This document shows positions 1 through 14,346 of a stretch of DNA of 64,000 nt, one piece after another. Source of the DNA: Octopus sinensis. Its lineage: Eukaryota. Made by a program: the position numbers and the translations under genes. The DNA lies in the NCBI RefSeq assembly GCF_006345805.1, contig NC_043005.1, positions 101,370,001 to 101,434,000 on the forward strand. The letters run 5' to 3'. Below the pieces are notes generated by a model. The model ran no database searches and had not been told where the DNA came from. It saw only the letters and a program-made list of their open reading frames with translations. Position 1 is the first letter of the stretch; each line of letters begins with the position of its first letter.

Positions 1-175
1 CTGGCACGTAAAAGCACCCTCTACACTCTTGGAGCGGTTGGCATTAGGAAGGGCATCCAGCTGTAGAAACTCTGCCAGATCAGATTGGAGCCTAGTGCAG
101 CCATCTGGCTTGCCAGTCCTCAGTCAAACGGCCAGCCCATACCAGCATGGAAAGCAGACATTAAATGAGGATATA
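1..175 (+). mobile_element. SINE family B, 3' portion
   Basis: Contains ggttggcattaggaagggcatccagctgtagaaac...ccagcatggaaagcagacattaaatgaggat, the same tail as the copies at ~7.2 kb, 20.3 kb and 30.4 kb. Confidence 0.85.
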
Positions 176-1089
176 TTATTATAGTTATTTTTTCTGTGTG
201 TGTATATATATATGTATATATATATATCCCTGCTGGTCATAAAGTGTTGCTACCATTTTAGCCTTCAAGTGTGTGTGTGTATAAATGTATATATATATTT
301 GCACACACACATATATGTATATTTATGTTTACACGCACATTATTTAATGTACATAGTATAAAGATATAAGCCTTGAAAATGCAGTTCTAGATAGGTTTTT
401 TTATATTGCATGATTGTGCCTCCAATGCATGAAACTTTTAATAGTTCATATCTTTATACTGTGTACATTAAATGCTTAATGGCACTTATATGGCTAAATA
501 ATTTATTATGTCAATAAATGTTATATTATTATTATTATGGTTTTCTGTTAAATATAGACTTAATGTATGCTTAATATGTATCATTACCCATCATCTTCTG
601 AAAAAAAATGTGTAGATAGGCTATTTTCATTCAAAAACTATTAGTATGGTTCACCAAAAACTGAAGAATAATAAAAAAGGGAGGATGTTACACAGAATAA
701 TGAAAACATAATAATGGTGTTGCCACAGTGTGCCAACCAGGTGGGAAAAGTTTTATGAAAACCGATTCACAGAAAACCAAGAAATCCTAAATTTCACTCC
801 TAAGCGTGGTTCTGGGTGTATATGCACACATAAACATATATACATGCATGAATATACACACGCACATATGCGTGCCCACATGCACAAGTTCCATATGCTG
901 GAACACTGCTACTGCAATTTCACATCACCAGTGCTGCACAACGCTACCAAGATTGGTGAATTGGTTCACTTCTTGTATGTTGTGCTTTTTGGTTGTGATG
1001 GCTATTTCTTGGTCTCTGTTATTGGACTTCACCACATTTGTCTTTGTTGCAGTGATGTTTTCAACTCTTTTCAGATTTGCACTGTTGTG

Positions 1090-2970
1090 TGCTATCAATG
1101 GCATGTCATCAGTAAAGACTGGAATCCATAGAGAAAGCAGAGTCAGTCTTTTTCTAGAGAAAGTCAGCAGAACCTGCAGAGGAGAACATATGTAACCTTG
1201 CCTGACTCAGGAGACAATACTGAAGATCTCTGTCATTTCAGATTCAGTTTTTATGCAATAGCTTGTGTTATTGTGTAAACTTTTGGAGATGTTGATAGTG
1301 CTGCAGGATGCTTTATGACAAGGCATTGTTTCAGAGGAATTCCATTTGTACACTTGTGGTTGTAATGAAACTATCATCCAGTGGCTTCTGGTATTCAAAG
1401 CACTGCTCTCAGTGATGTTCAGTAGACTGAAAATCTGTTCTTTGCTTGACCAGTTGCTCCTGAAATCAACCTGGTCTTCCCACAGAACATAATCCAGTGC
1501 TTGTCATAGTCTTCTCAGCTGCACTTTGTAAAACTCCTTCAACCCAGGATCAACAGTAGTGTGATACCTCTTTATTAGTTATATATAGTCTGCTACATTT
1601 CTCTTCTGTAATTTCACACTCACCGCTTGCTACCAATCTTGATGGCCCCATGCTTCCTGCTAACAGTGATTCACTAATGTTGTCAATTCCACCGTCATAA
1701 TGCCCCTACCATGCTGCCACAACTTTGTAGAGATCTCTTCTGGTCCTACAGTCTTGTTTTTCCTGGCTTTGATAGCATCTCTCATTTCCTTTTCCTCAAT
1801 TTTGCCATCACATTTAAAGAGGTGTAGTCAATGGTTTCAAGGTGAAACCAGACATAGTTGGGGCTGACTGATTGAGTGTTTCCTGAAAATGTTGCATCCA
1901 TTTCTAGTGTTGCTCCCCCATCCACTGCCAAGATTTTACCATTCTTGCCTTTTACTGGAATATTTTCATTGCTCTTTGTACCACATTGTACAGAAGCAAA
2001 TGAAAGCAGAGTCTTTGCATCATTTTTCTCTGGCTACTTCTTTTACCTCCTGCTTCTTGCACTTGTCTCCGCAACTGCACCTTTTGACTGGCTGATCCTG
2101 TTCCCAGTTGGCAGTATCTGTTCTTTCCTTCTCTTCTGTTTTTGTTTTGTCTCTTTCACCCTTTGCTTTTTTTTTTCTTTCCTTGACCAGGGTTCAAGTT
2201 GACTCGTGGATCCACTTATGTTGGGGAAAAGGTGTTGCTGATGTTCAGGCAATCGATATTATAGAAAAGCCAGTCATTCATATTTGTCAGCATTTCTTTG
2301 TGCACAGGCAGATGATACATTTCAGTTCCTTGCTGATATTGTAGATTCCTTGCAGTTCCTCTGATACATTTCAGTTCCTTGCTGTTGTTGGGGAATTGCA
2401 CACTCATGTCACCGATCAGCAGCTTGACATTGTAACTGAAGATATCATTGAATGTGTCTTGAAGCCGCCTACAGAAAGCATCTTTGGTTGCATCATCAGA
2501 GGCCATCACAATGGTGGTGATTCACTCACTCACTGGTTTCCACTTGGTGCTTCTTTGCTAAGCACCATGCCCACTCTGTGCATGTGCTGGTCTTCATCAC
2601 TGTAATACATGAGTCTCTCCACTTCTTGTCCACTTTATTTCACTAATGACTAAGATGTCCAACTGCTATCCATCAAATTCTCTCCAAAGTTGGCCCAGTC
2701 TTCCAGTTTAGTACAGTGTTTGTAAATTCTGAGTTCTGATCTTTGCTGTGGCTTTGGTATTCAAAATCAGGCTTTTGTGGGGCCCTAACTTCCTTTCAGC
2801 TTACATTAGGGTCCACCATAAATGGTGTTTCTCCACTACCTTCCTCCTCGTGTTGTCCATTCTTGGGAATCTTTGCTGCTGCTTCTCTAATGATTCTTAA
2901 TTTTTACAGAACTGAATTACTAGCTTGGGTGTCCAACCCCCTTGCTTCTTCCCCTAGGGTTGGGGCTAGC
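1090..2970 (-). mobile_element. Decayed RTE-clade LINE (APE endonuclease plus RT N-terminus)
   Basis: ORF 2216-2509 (KDAFCRRLQDTFNDI...LLIGDM...LNISNTF) is APE-like. Minus-strand 1560-1800 reads GPEEISTKLWQ...RGITLL, typical of an RTE RT. Many stops and frameshifts. Confidence 0.8.
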
Positions 2971-2998
2971 GTAATATATATGTGTGTGTGTGTGTGTG

Positions 2999-3037
<39 letters not shown>

Positions 3038-5049
3038 TGTATAATTAATGATGAGTACAAACTCTTTGTTAAACAAAATAAAGTTTGATGATAGGTTAGA
3101 ATGCTTAACTAAAAAGAAATCTTCATAACTTTAAAGATCACAAACCCAACTTTAGAAATAAGCCCACTTGTAGACTAGAACTGAAATTGGCTTAGAATAT
3201 AAAAAAATTTTAAAACAAAAACTAAGAAAATCAAACTAAGTCATAATAATAATCAAATGAATAAGGTTATTAAATTACAGTAATGGGCAAATAACAACAC
3301 TCATAGACTAGCTTAATGATATAAATGACTGAATACAGCTTGATTCACATGATTCGATATTGTAGATCCCTTGATAATGAGAACTCCATGCAGGATAAGG
3401 CAGTTGAGTTCACTAGAAAACATGTCGTCATTGGCCACACAGACCTTGACTTTATCATGCATGTACAAAGATATCCTCTCCTTTACTAAATGTTTAGTGT
3501 GGGTCAAAAGATCTGAACAAGATTGACTGTTTTACGAATAGACTCAAGAATATTATATGGTTGCTCCCCCCCACCCTACTCACGCAGACACACATCTTTC
3601 TCCTTGAATGTTAAGAAAAACATAGGTAGAAAATTCTTAGTGCTGATAGACAAGCATTTCTGGATAGCCATAGGTATGTGAAAATTCTTAATAGACATTC
3701 TGTGAATGTTTCTTACAATTAGTGCTTCAACATGCAAAGCTTTATTCCATGTAGGTTACACCAACACTAAAATGTAACTTCAGAAACCCTGCTGCCTTCC
3801 TACTTGTCTAGGCATGCATGATTGGCTCAGTTGTATATGAAACTAAGGTCCCCTCAGTTCTACCAAATAACAAAACTGAATAAGGAAAAATAGTTGGACT
3901 ATGTGAAAGTGAGTTAAAAAATATATTCCAACCACCAGTCTTCTTTCTGGCACAGACAAGAAGAAAACCAAATTTTGGACATGAAGCCCCTTCCCCTATC
4001 AAGTGTATCCTTATTGGGCAATTCACATCATATGTCAATTGGTCAAAGAGGGTGTAGGTATTGTATAGCTGAAAGAACTTTCTTTCTTTTTTAAATCTAG
4101 GAACTCCATCAATCTACTAAACTTGAAACTGGAAATTTTCACAAAATGCAAGCATCTTAATAAGTTTCTACTCCCAAACTGGAGAACACCACCCTTTCCA
4201 GATTAGGTATACAATCTTACATACTTTGATGTTTCCCTGTCAAATTAGCCTCACCAACAATTGATAGTTACCATACTGTCAGGCCAAAGGGACGCAACTC
4301 GTATCTTCTTTCCTTCTAAGTTTTCTTTTGTTTTCAGGTTTGCATCTTTTTTTCTCATCCTTTGTTGCTTTTTCTCAGAGAATAACTGTTTATGTTGGGC
4401 TTGAAAAATACATGGCTTGCTGTACAAGCTTGTCCAATTAGTGTATTATTGGAGCATGAAAATATATACACACACACACACACACACATACTCACACATG
4501 CATATGCCCTTTCTGTCTACACACACACACACACACATTTGCACTCATGTTTGCACACATGCAAGAATGTACATACTTATGTACACATACCCTTACATAC
4601 ATTGTAAATGCATTTGTGCATGTACTAATGTGCATGCATCAACATGTGCTCACTCACATGCATACATACACATATGCACACCTATACAACCAATAGCGCA
4701 CCCACATCTATGCCTTTATATATTTCACATATATATGTTCATACACACACACACACTCATATGTCTTTCGTCTGCCACACCAAAACTTTTGGTGTCACCA
4801 GTTTCCTTTGTAGCCATGCAATCAAGGAAATTCCCTTTTCTTAAGGAACTCAGGTTGCTGAGCAATTGATATTACTTTGACAACACACCATGTGACCCAC
4901 CTTGACCAATTACAGCCTATTTTCCAGTAGCTGCATTGGACTTCTTGTCTTTCTCCATGTGGCAATCCAAAGCCTGAAAGCGAAGGGCTTCTATAGGAGG
5001 CCTGTGAAACTTTAAGTTGCATGGAACTGAATCAAACTGTTTTAAATAC

Positions 5050-5215
5050 ATATTCTATTGGGTGACTGGTGTTAGGAAGAACATTCAGCCATAAAAACCC
5101 TGCCAAAACAGACACAAAAGTCTAGTACAGTCTCCTGCTTAGCCAGCTCCTGTCAAACCGTCCAACCCATGCTAGCATGGAAGGCAGATGTTAAACAATG
5201 ATGATGATGATATAT
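5050..5215 (+). mobile_element. SINE family B 3' tail
   Basis: ccgtccaacccatgctagcatggaaggcagatgttaaacaatgatgatgatg. Confidence 0.8.
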
Positions 5216-5233
5216 GTATATGTATCTATGTAA

Positions 5234-5269
<36 letters not shown>

Positions 5270-5278
<9 letters not shown>

Positions 5279-5654
5279 GCTGTATTTGTCTGTGTATGGC
5301 AGGTTTATTAGCCTTCAACTAACACTATCTCCTCCTAGACCCTGCAGCGCAAGTTGACCAAAATTGAGAGTATGATAGAAGAAGGCTTGCTCTTCATTTG
5401 GTAGAAGATAAAATTCAAATTGGACAATGTTAAGACTAAAAATTATTTACATCAAAAAGGTACTTTTTCTCTATAAAAATCCCTATTTTTTATGATTTTT
5501 TTACTGTTGTGTCGCCATTTTTCGGTGTATTTCAACCAGAAAAATGTTCACTTAAAGAGTATAACAAGCTACACAATGCAAAATTTTTACTTTTCAAAAA
5601 TTCCAATTCTAAAGGGTCGAAACAAATCCAAGCAACGCCAGGCGATACTGCTAG
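5270..5654 (+). mobile_element. Non-autonomous Helitron-like element
   Basis: Starts tatatataaaaagctg. Ends gcaacgccaggcgatactgCTAG|T, i.e. a subterminal GC-rich stem plus CTAG. Shares its 3' end with 13960-14346. Confidence 0.65.
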
Positions 5655-6979
5655 TATATATATATTCAGGATTATTGAACATATACTAAATACACAGACG
5701 GACAGAAAACACAGGTCTCCAATTCTTCATCAATTATTGGCCAGAGAGTCATATGCTATTTCAGCCATTTTATATATATATATATATATATGTATATGCA
5801 TGTTTGTGCCTGCATGTATACATATATTAGATGTAGGGAATGCAGTCAATGATAAATAGGGGATAGGGTTTCATCAGTCGTGAATGTCAGTTTGGGGGGA
5901 AGATGAAGTAAATAAGAGTGGGTCAGTGATGAGATGTTGAGTAGCTGTAAAAAAATAGGTGGGGGTGGGAAGCAGCATTGTAAGAAATCTGTATAGAAGA
6001 GAAATAGGGAGATGATGTTAAGTAGGAGCTGTAAGAAGAAAGGGTGCTCAGTGACAATGAGCAGATCAGAGATAGGTTGGAGTAGATATAGAGGGAGTTA
6101 CAACCAAGTGTGGATTGATGGGTAGTTGATGGTTGTGATATAAGATGGCACTTATACTTTTTATAGCCCTATTTGCAATACCATGCTGTCATCTTTTGTC
6201 TGAGGAATTACTTCTACTAGATATTTGGTATGTGGTCTTAGAAATGACTGTTTTTCTCTATATCATTAACCTGTCTCTCCTCTTCCTTCTTAGGAAATGT
6301 TTCAGGTGGCACTTTTCTGGTCTCCTGACTGATCGCTTTTTTGACTGGTTCTAATTTCCTGATCTTATTTTTATATCAGTTTTCTCTAACTTACGCTGGG
6401 CAGTGCAAAGAAAACCACATCTATATACAAATGTATATATTTGTGTGTATGTGTACGCGCACACACACACACACACACAGTGACTGATTATGCTCTCTCC
6501 TGCTTTAAAAACCCACATTTTCTATCTCTCTCCAACTTCTGATCAGTTATTTTTTGGCCACATGCTTTCATCAGGACTGTCAGCTCCTTCCTCCTTTTTC
6601 TCTTCTCTGGACATTTTCCTCTGTTTGACAAAGTGTCATGCTAAAAACGTTTTTTCCACTTATTTTTTTCCATCAGAAACTTACACTAACCTTCGGTCTA
6701 ATACACTCATTGTGTCCAATTGACTTTTGTTGTTTTGTCCTGTTTTTTTTTTGTTCTTTTCTTAAATTTGTATGTATATATTTATATATATACACACACA
6801 TACATATGTACACACCTGGGTATATGGTCAAGGCCTTCATTTCCAAAGAACATGGTTTGAGATTCAGTATGATGAACAGCATCTTGAGCAAGCTTCTTCA
6901 ACTCTAGCCCTGGGTCAACTAAAGCCTTATGAGTAGATTTAACAGAAACTAAAGAATACTTGTCAAATAAATATGCCAG

Positions 6980-7395
6980 CACCTTGACTGGCTTCTGTGC
7001 CGGTGGCACGTGACCTGCTGTGCTTGAGGAGACCTATTGAGTCAAGTACATCAGCATCAAAATAGATATCAAATGGAAATTGTAGTTGTAATACCTGTGC
7101 TGGTGGCATGTAAAAACACCATCCGAACGTGGCCGATGCCAGCGCCGCCTTGACTGGCTTCTGTGCTGGTGGCATGTAAAAAGCACCAACCGATCGTGGC
7201 TGGTGGCATGTAAAAAACACCCACTTCACTCATCGAGTGGTTGGCATTAGGAAGGGCATCCAGCTGTAGAAACACTGCTAGATCAGACTAGAGCTTGGTG
7301 AAGCCTCCTGGCTTCCCAGACCCCGGTCAAACCGTCCAACACATGCTAGTACGGAAAACGGACATTAAACGATGATGATGATGATGATGATGATG
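6980..7395 (+). mobile_element. SINE family B with internal short tandem repeats and (ATG)n tail
   Basis: Repeated ttgactggcttctgtgc(c/t)ggtggca units, the aggaagggcatccagctgtagaaac motif, and an (atg)n tail at 7370-7395. Confidence 0.85.
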
Positions 7396-8889
7396 CATCA
7401 TTCAGCTGCTGTTTGGGTCAATGTTAAGCTTCTGTGACCTTTTGCTCATCTTAAGTAAATTTTATTCCCATCACTTAATGTGGAAATTCCTGGTATTGGT
7501 TAATAATTTCCAGGTTCTCACATCACAAGCCCTGGTCTCATATAGCATCCGATTGAGTATCCTTCTTGTTAATATGAACACTGGTACGACAAACACATTT
7601 GTAGGCTAGTGAGTCATTGCATGCATAAAATTCCTATGTGCATATTTTCTTTACCCTGGTGTGATGTTCACTGATTACACACTCCTTGTTACAAGTTCCA
7701 TCACAGGAAATATTTTTTTCTGTTCCTAAGTACCTGTAACATCCTTATCAGATGGGCCTAACAGTCTTCCTGGTTTTAGTATTTAACTTTTCCCCTGTTA
7801 ATTTTGGAATTTTCTAATTTCTTCTCATTTTTTTCTCTGTGCTGCTTTTTTGTGAAACTGCTATTGACTTAACATAATGTAATCAATGCTTAGACAGAAT
7901 TACTCTGGATTGAATCTTGGAATTCCGATTCTCTTCTCCACACTGGGACCCGGTCATGGATTACCACCTGAATTACATTCAATATCCCTTTGCATTGCAC
8001 CAATATCCTGCAACCATCTTTGACATTTCTCTACTTTTTGACTGTTTCATTTTCCTTCTATATCTCTTTCCATTTTCTTTCTCTTCCTTTCTTTACTCCC
8101 ATTTTCCTTATTCTCCATTTTTTAGCTTTTTTTAAACTTTTTTTAAAAAATGTTTTCTCTTTTCCCTTCTCTTCTTCACCTCTTTCTTCCCTAATATACT
8201 CAATCTCTAAACCTTTTTATGCCTGCTGCATTCCATCCTCAAACACTCTTTCACCTCTCTCCACTTTCTTCTTCAAACTATTCTTCTGCTTCCCTCATCT
8301 CCTCTCCTTCAAGACATGTTATTCCAGCCATTTCACCTTTGCCTCATCTCCCATGGTTCCAGCTCCACTGTCATTACTGCTACATACTTTACCCATCCTT
8401 TCCATATTTTCCCATTTTCGTTACATTTGTCAACCTTCATTCTATTCTCTCTCATTTCTGCATCCTTGACCAGGGCCTTTCCCAGCCCCCACCCCCACCC
8501 ACTTCCTTGCTTTTTCCATTTTATGTATTATCCACCATATTAATTATCTGCTTTTCTATTTCCTCGCCTCTGTTAAAATTTGCAAACTTCACTCATTCCT
8601 TCATCATACCCTTCCAGCTGTTACTACCTCCATTCCATATCCCCATTACCTATCCATTTGGACCCTACCCTTCTTTCTCCTCCTTCCCTTCTCATACTTC
8701 TCCTTCTTTTTCTCATCCTACCACTCTTCCTTTGCTGCCACCTCAATCTTGCATTCACAACCACCCATGCTCACTCAGCACCCTCTCATTCTGCCTCCAC
8801 CCATTCCATTCACCTCTTGACTCCCATCTATACCATCTTCTGCATATCATTTGCTATTATCATCCTTTGTCCAGGCTTATCTCTCTCTA

Positions 8890-9800
8890 AAGCCAAATGC
8901 TTCATAGGAGCTTTCTGTACTATTAATGCCTCTCTACGATGAGTTTCACATCTGACTGTAGCTGCATTATTTTTACGCTGTACAAAACTACCCTTTTTTT
9001 TATGGCAACTCCTGCATCAAATTACCTTGATCATTTCATAGACCTGAGCTGATCACCATTACACTGCATGTTGGACCCTGACCACTTCAGCATCTCACCT
9101 TAGATGTGTTCTCAGAAGCTTTGCTGCTGTGCATTATGCTTTGACTTTCAGAAGCACTCCCGAGGCACTAACATTACCCCAGCCAAAATATCCTCTACTG
9201 TCCTTCATGCCATGACAATTATTGTCATCAATGCTTCCACACTCACAACATTAACCACATTCTCAGTTTCTTTCAGGATTGCTTCATCCCTTTCTTTTTT
9301 ATATTCTGTTATTCCTCACAATGAGGTCATGTGCACTCTTCATAACTTCATTGATCTCCATGCCACTTTTTCTCTTTCTGTCTCCAATCTCATATGCTTA
9401 GTCAAACCAAACATGTTTCTCCTTCAATAGTGAGATCTATCAAGAGGTCCCTGAAGTGGCCATTGTCACAAGAATAGGCCTCAATATACTTATCTATTTG
9501 CTGATTATGTTGAGTCCCAAAACCTTCCCCAGCTCACTGGCTGCAGAGCTATATGAACACTATATTGATGATGAACAGCACCAATTCTTTCTCTAATAAA
9601 AGGTTAAACTCTCTCAATCTCCTCTGTCAGCTCTTTTCATCCCTCTCTCTCCATTACATATCTTCCATCTCTGAGATGATTTTTCTCAGTTTCATTGCTG
9701 TCACTATCACTATTGGCTACCTTCCCCACTCCACCTCTGTATTCTTTAAACTCACTGACTCTTTGATTTTCCCTTCTTTCCTATCTACACCCAGATCACC
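8890..9800 (-). mobile_element. Highly decayed RTE-like LINE fragment
   Basis: Minus-strand translation gives interrupted RTE-like stretches resembling the GPSG..EMIK and ..RGI.. regions. Confidence 0.45.
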
Positions 9801-10204
9801 ATCCCCTATTCACTGACTTGGAGATTTAGGTTCAATGCATGGCTGGTCAGTCACTGCACCATTTGTAAAACCTTTACAAACCATTGTATTATTTCAAAAG
9901 TTCACTTCTGACTCATGGTCACTTCCGTTAAACTTTGAGTAAAGTTTTGTGAAGTTTTGACCATCAGTAAAGTATTATACTCTACGCTGGGTTTGGTATT
10001 TGAGTACTGTTTCTTCCACCTTGTTTTGCACCTGTATGCTCACAGATCTGTGTGTGTGTGTGTGTGTACGCATATTGTTCTTTACTTATGTATTTATAGT
10101 ATGTGTCTGTCTATATGGTATTTGTGTATGTATATATGCATGTGTGTGTGTGTTTGTACTCATACCTACCTATTTACATTTACACGCACACATGGTACAC
10201 ACAC

Positions 10205-10590
10205 TTTTATCTTTTACTTGTTTCCATAATTGCATTGCAGCCATGCTGGGGCAACACCTTGAAGGGTTTGGGTTAAACAAATTCATACCAATACTTATTT
10301 CCTGAAATCTGCTACTTGTTTTATTTGTTGCTTTTACCAAACTGCTAAGTTACTGGAATGTAAATGTGCTAGTATCAGTTGTTCAGCCAGTGGACAAATG
10401 CAAAAAGACACACACACACACACATGTATACACACACACGCACACACATATGTAATAGGCTTCTTTCAGTTTTTGTCTACCAAATTTACTCACAAGGCTC
10501 TGATTGGTCCTGAGCTATAACAGAAGACACTTGCCCAAGGTGCCATGCAGTGTGACAATCTGGCACCATATGGTTGGGGGGCAAACTTAT
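10205..10590 (-). mobile_element. tRNA-derived SINE family A, degenerate
   Basis: ttttacttgtttc...ccatgctggggcaacacc...cacttgcccaaggtgccatgcagtg is the reverse complement of the family A consensus seen at 28.7 kb. Confidence 0.8.
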
Positions 10591-10979
10591 CACACAGCCT
10601 TACCTATATATATGTGCATGTGTCTGTATGTATATCTATGTATATATCTTATATGTATATCATCCTCATTCTCATCAAAGTGCCAAATGTTTGGTGCTGT
10701 GGAGGTCATTTTTTTGGTGAGTAATTTGTGTTAGACTGGATTCTCTGCAAGTTTTGGTAAAATGTCTGTGTGGGTTCTGCATCAAACATTGTTTAACTTC
10801 ACTCTTCAAATACATCTAGACATACCCTTATATAAACATTCATGCAACATGCATCGCACACCTGCACTTTTGTGGATGTATGTTCATATGTATACCATCG
10901 TTTTGTGGTTATTTTTTCCAACTACTTTTTATTCAGTGGACACCTATAGGAGTTACTAGATGTATGTGGGGTGTTCTTA

Positions 10980-12030
10980 ATGCTATGGTTTTTATTGTGA
11001 TAAAAAACTGAGCCTATGTTGGTGGTGGCAGGGCAACTATACCTGATTTTAAATGTATTTCTATTAAAGATCTTATGATATTTATGTGAATGTAAAAAGT
11101 GGGTGTCTACAAGAATTGTCTTGCTATGATCCTTGTAATTTTTATGCTGGATAGAGGGTTATACTCCAGGGTTTTCCTACACCTCCATCTATTTGGTTTG
11201 ATATAGGTTATATTGTTCTTAATGTTATATCATTCAAATTCACTGTTGTAATATGGGGCTGCTAATTTCAAGGTTGCTTCAGCAAAGGATAGTTTGCAAA
11301 TATGCTCACTTATGCTTTTAACTAATTGTTTAATTATTGGTGATTGACTATTTGAGCCTCTATCATTGTTAGAGGTATCCTCAGTGGCCTATGCTAAGAT
11401 TGATATTAGTATCTTGGAAATTAGCTCAAGGTTAGTACTAATTGCAATTTTTAAATTGAGTTGGTTAATTATCTTGCATAACTTTTTTCTTATCTTGTCC
11501 AAATAGGGGCTATTCTTATGTACTACTTTTAGACCATTATCCCTATACAACCCTGTCTTTGCATCTTTTATTTCATTCTTAAATATATGCAGGATGTAAC
11601 AGTAAATCAGATTTGCTACCTCTGCGCCATCATAGTTCTCCATGGCAATATTAAATAGTTCATTGCCATTCCTATTTTACCATAAGGGTGTCAATGTTAA
11701 AAAATAAAAAGATTTTCTTCATTTTGATGGCAGTGTACTAAAAGTTGTATATATTTTACAGAACTCTAACGCTTGTAGAAGGAGATTTTTGAAGATCAGG
11801 GGTAAAAATCTCTTATGTCAAACTGGATGAATTAGCATTTGGGTCACCTTTGATTTCCTTAAACCACTCAATGGTGGTGCTGTTATATATCTAGTGGCTA
11901 AGATTTAAGGTGGCTCTAATATGTCATATGATATTATCTAGGATAAATCTGCAAATGATGCCAATTTCACTTTTTATAGGATTTATCAATCTGCATCTTC
12001 GGTTTATCATCCTTTCAATGAGGCTTTGAC
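10980..12030 (-). mobile_element. Penelope-like element reverse transcriptase remnant
   Basis: ORF 11389-11643 reads MENYDGAEVANLIYCYIL...GLYRDNGL (cf. PLE GSYDGAEVCELVG...GLYRDDGL). Upstream frames read CRLINPIKSEIG and FIQFDIRDFYP. Confidence 0.8.
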
Positions 12031-12990
12031 TCCCAGAGGGAATTCTATACTAGTTTATCTGTTTTCTTGGATCGTTACTTTCTCCATTAACCTTCCTATG
12101 ATTCCACTGCGTCACTTATGTTTCCATAACTTGCACTGAATACAGCATATGGAATTCCTGTCATCAGCTTTCCTACATATCAAGCAGGGTCATTTAGCTG
12201 AAGGGAGTAGAGTTAAGTCTATTTTCTTCCTTACTTGAATGTTGGTCTTTGCTAAGGTAACTTTGTGGGACTAGGATTCCAGGTTTTACTTCCATTCTTG
12301 GAATTTCTTTACTAATTCTATTACAGATTCCACTTAGAACAAAGTCATCAGGGTATAATAGTTTCTAAAGGCAGCCAGTCTTAAATTTCTCTGTTGAGGT
12401 CAGGAGAAAAATGACAAATAGGAAGAGACTGAAAATTGAGCTCTGACGAAGTCCACCTATTCTCTAAATTTATAGCTGTACTCATAGCTAACTCTTATTT
12501 TAGTGACAGCACCCTTGTACATAGCTTGTATGACTTTGAGTAGCCATTCATCTACTCCTAGCTTCTTTGAAGACCACCATATCATAGAATGGGGAACCTG
12601 TCAAAGGCTTTCTCCGGGATAGCAAATGCCAAGTACAATGTCTTTTAGTTGGATACTTCTCCTGAGGTTGTCTTATTAGGATGGCATCAGTACTATTTCT
12701 TCATTGCACAAAAGCAAACTGCATCTCATGTTATTTAATACACTTGCTAATTAATTGGGCTATATCTCTCTCCCTAACTTTTATGATCTAGTCCAGCAGT
12801 TTGATAACTCTGTAACTATTTCTGTCTAAGGCATCCCCTTTACTCTTGCGACAGCTGGCAATAATGCTGCTAGCCCAGACATTGGGTATGACAGCTTCCT
12901 TTTAACCTGATTAACTGAGCAGGTGAGTTGGCTGAATCCTAGTCCACCAGATATTTTCAGCATCTCAGCAGTAATTCCTCATAAATGAGG
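12030..12990 (-). mobile_element. RTE LINE reverse transcriptase remnant
   Basis: Interrupted minus-strand frames resemble EKAFDRVPHSMIWWSLKKLGVDEWLLKVIQAMYKG, GLRQSSIFSLFLF...LYxDDFV, and a Cys-rich PCLICRK...CIQCKLWKHK segment. Confidence 0.8.
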
Positions 12991-13959
12991 CTTTCTTTCT
13001 TTTCATATCTGCCATTGCTTTATACATAAATACATCTAAATATTTATACACGTGCACAAACACAAACACGTGTGCACACGTACACATGGATGTATGTTGA
13101 TGTATGTGTTTGTGTCTTAATCAAAGCATGCACTGTTATAACTCCACTGCAGTCAGTGTTACCTGTCACTTGAGCACTGGATATTAAAAAGAAGGCCACG
13201 TATATAATATGCATCCACTTCAGAGATGACAGGTGTGAAACAAGTATGTTATTGGAGGTGAAAAATTGTCACATCTGGTTTGTGGGTGGTGGGAAATGAA
13301 GATGAAAGGAAGTTGCGGGAGCAGTGGTGTAGCTAGGGTAAGCTGCACTCGGGGAAAGCTGCAAAAATATGTGTGTATGTGTGTCCCGATTATAAAATCC
13401 ACAATATTATATAGTACTTATTTGTTACAAATAATTAATGTTTTAAGGCAATATTTTAGGAATAAATACTTTACCAGGGTTCATTTACTTCTCGGCTCGG
13501 TACAGCCTGTGATTCAAAGTATATTTTTTTAATGTTTACTTTTATAAAACTTCCTTATTTTAACTGTTTAATGCACCAGTTTTCCAGTTGAAACATAAAA
13601 AAATCTAATTCGTGAAATGAGATGTAATTAAAAAAAAAATACAATCAATTAAAGTCTCATCATTTTTGCTTTTCATGAGACCCCCACCTTCAGTCGGCAC
13701 CCAGGGCATGTTCCCCCTTAGCCCCCAGTTACGCTACTGTGCAAGAGATTTATCAGAAGTTATATCCCTGGCTCCCAAAACATGTAAATTAGCTGTGATG
13801 CAGCAAGAATCTGGTGGGTAAATATATGTGTAGGGCTGGGTGGGTTTGGGGGTAAGGCCTGTGTATAGAGACTTCATATATGGATAGTGATTTTCAGGAA
13901 GTAGATACTAAGCACGTACCTAAAGCTTTTATTCATTGCATGGGTGTATATTTGTGTAT

Positions 13960-14346
13960 ATAAAAGTGAGGTTGTGTGCTGTCTGTCTCCTACGATTTAG
14001 ATTCCTAACTACTCCCACATTTTGCGGGGCAGTTTAACCAAAACCGGTTATCTTATAGTCATGATTCATATCGAGCCCTTCTGGGTACTAGCGTGCATCT
14101 ACGATGAGTCTACGATTTAAAAAAAATTTACCATCATTTTTTCCCATTTTTAATGCATTTTTGGGATATATAAGGGAAGTAACTCTCTAAAAATTTATTA
14201 TTAAATCTCAGAACGTAAAAAGCTACAGTAACACCCCCCCCTTTGTGGTTAGCCATATTGAGATGGCTATTATACTTTACATCTCTGAAAATGCTTATAT
14301 AGTTATTTCCCTTACAAACCCGAGCAACGCCGGGCGATACTGCTAG
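13960..14346 (+). mobile_element. Non-autonomous Helitron-like element
   Basis: 5' tatataaaagtgaggttgtgtg. 3' ccgagcaacgccgggcgatactgCTAG|T. Confidence 0.65.

Noticed and set aside
3313-3760. Possible LINE RT fragment (GVLIIKGSTIS)
   Set aside because: Only one degenerate motif; not enough to assign.
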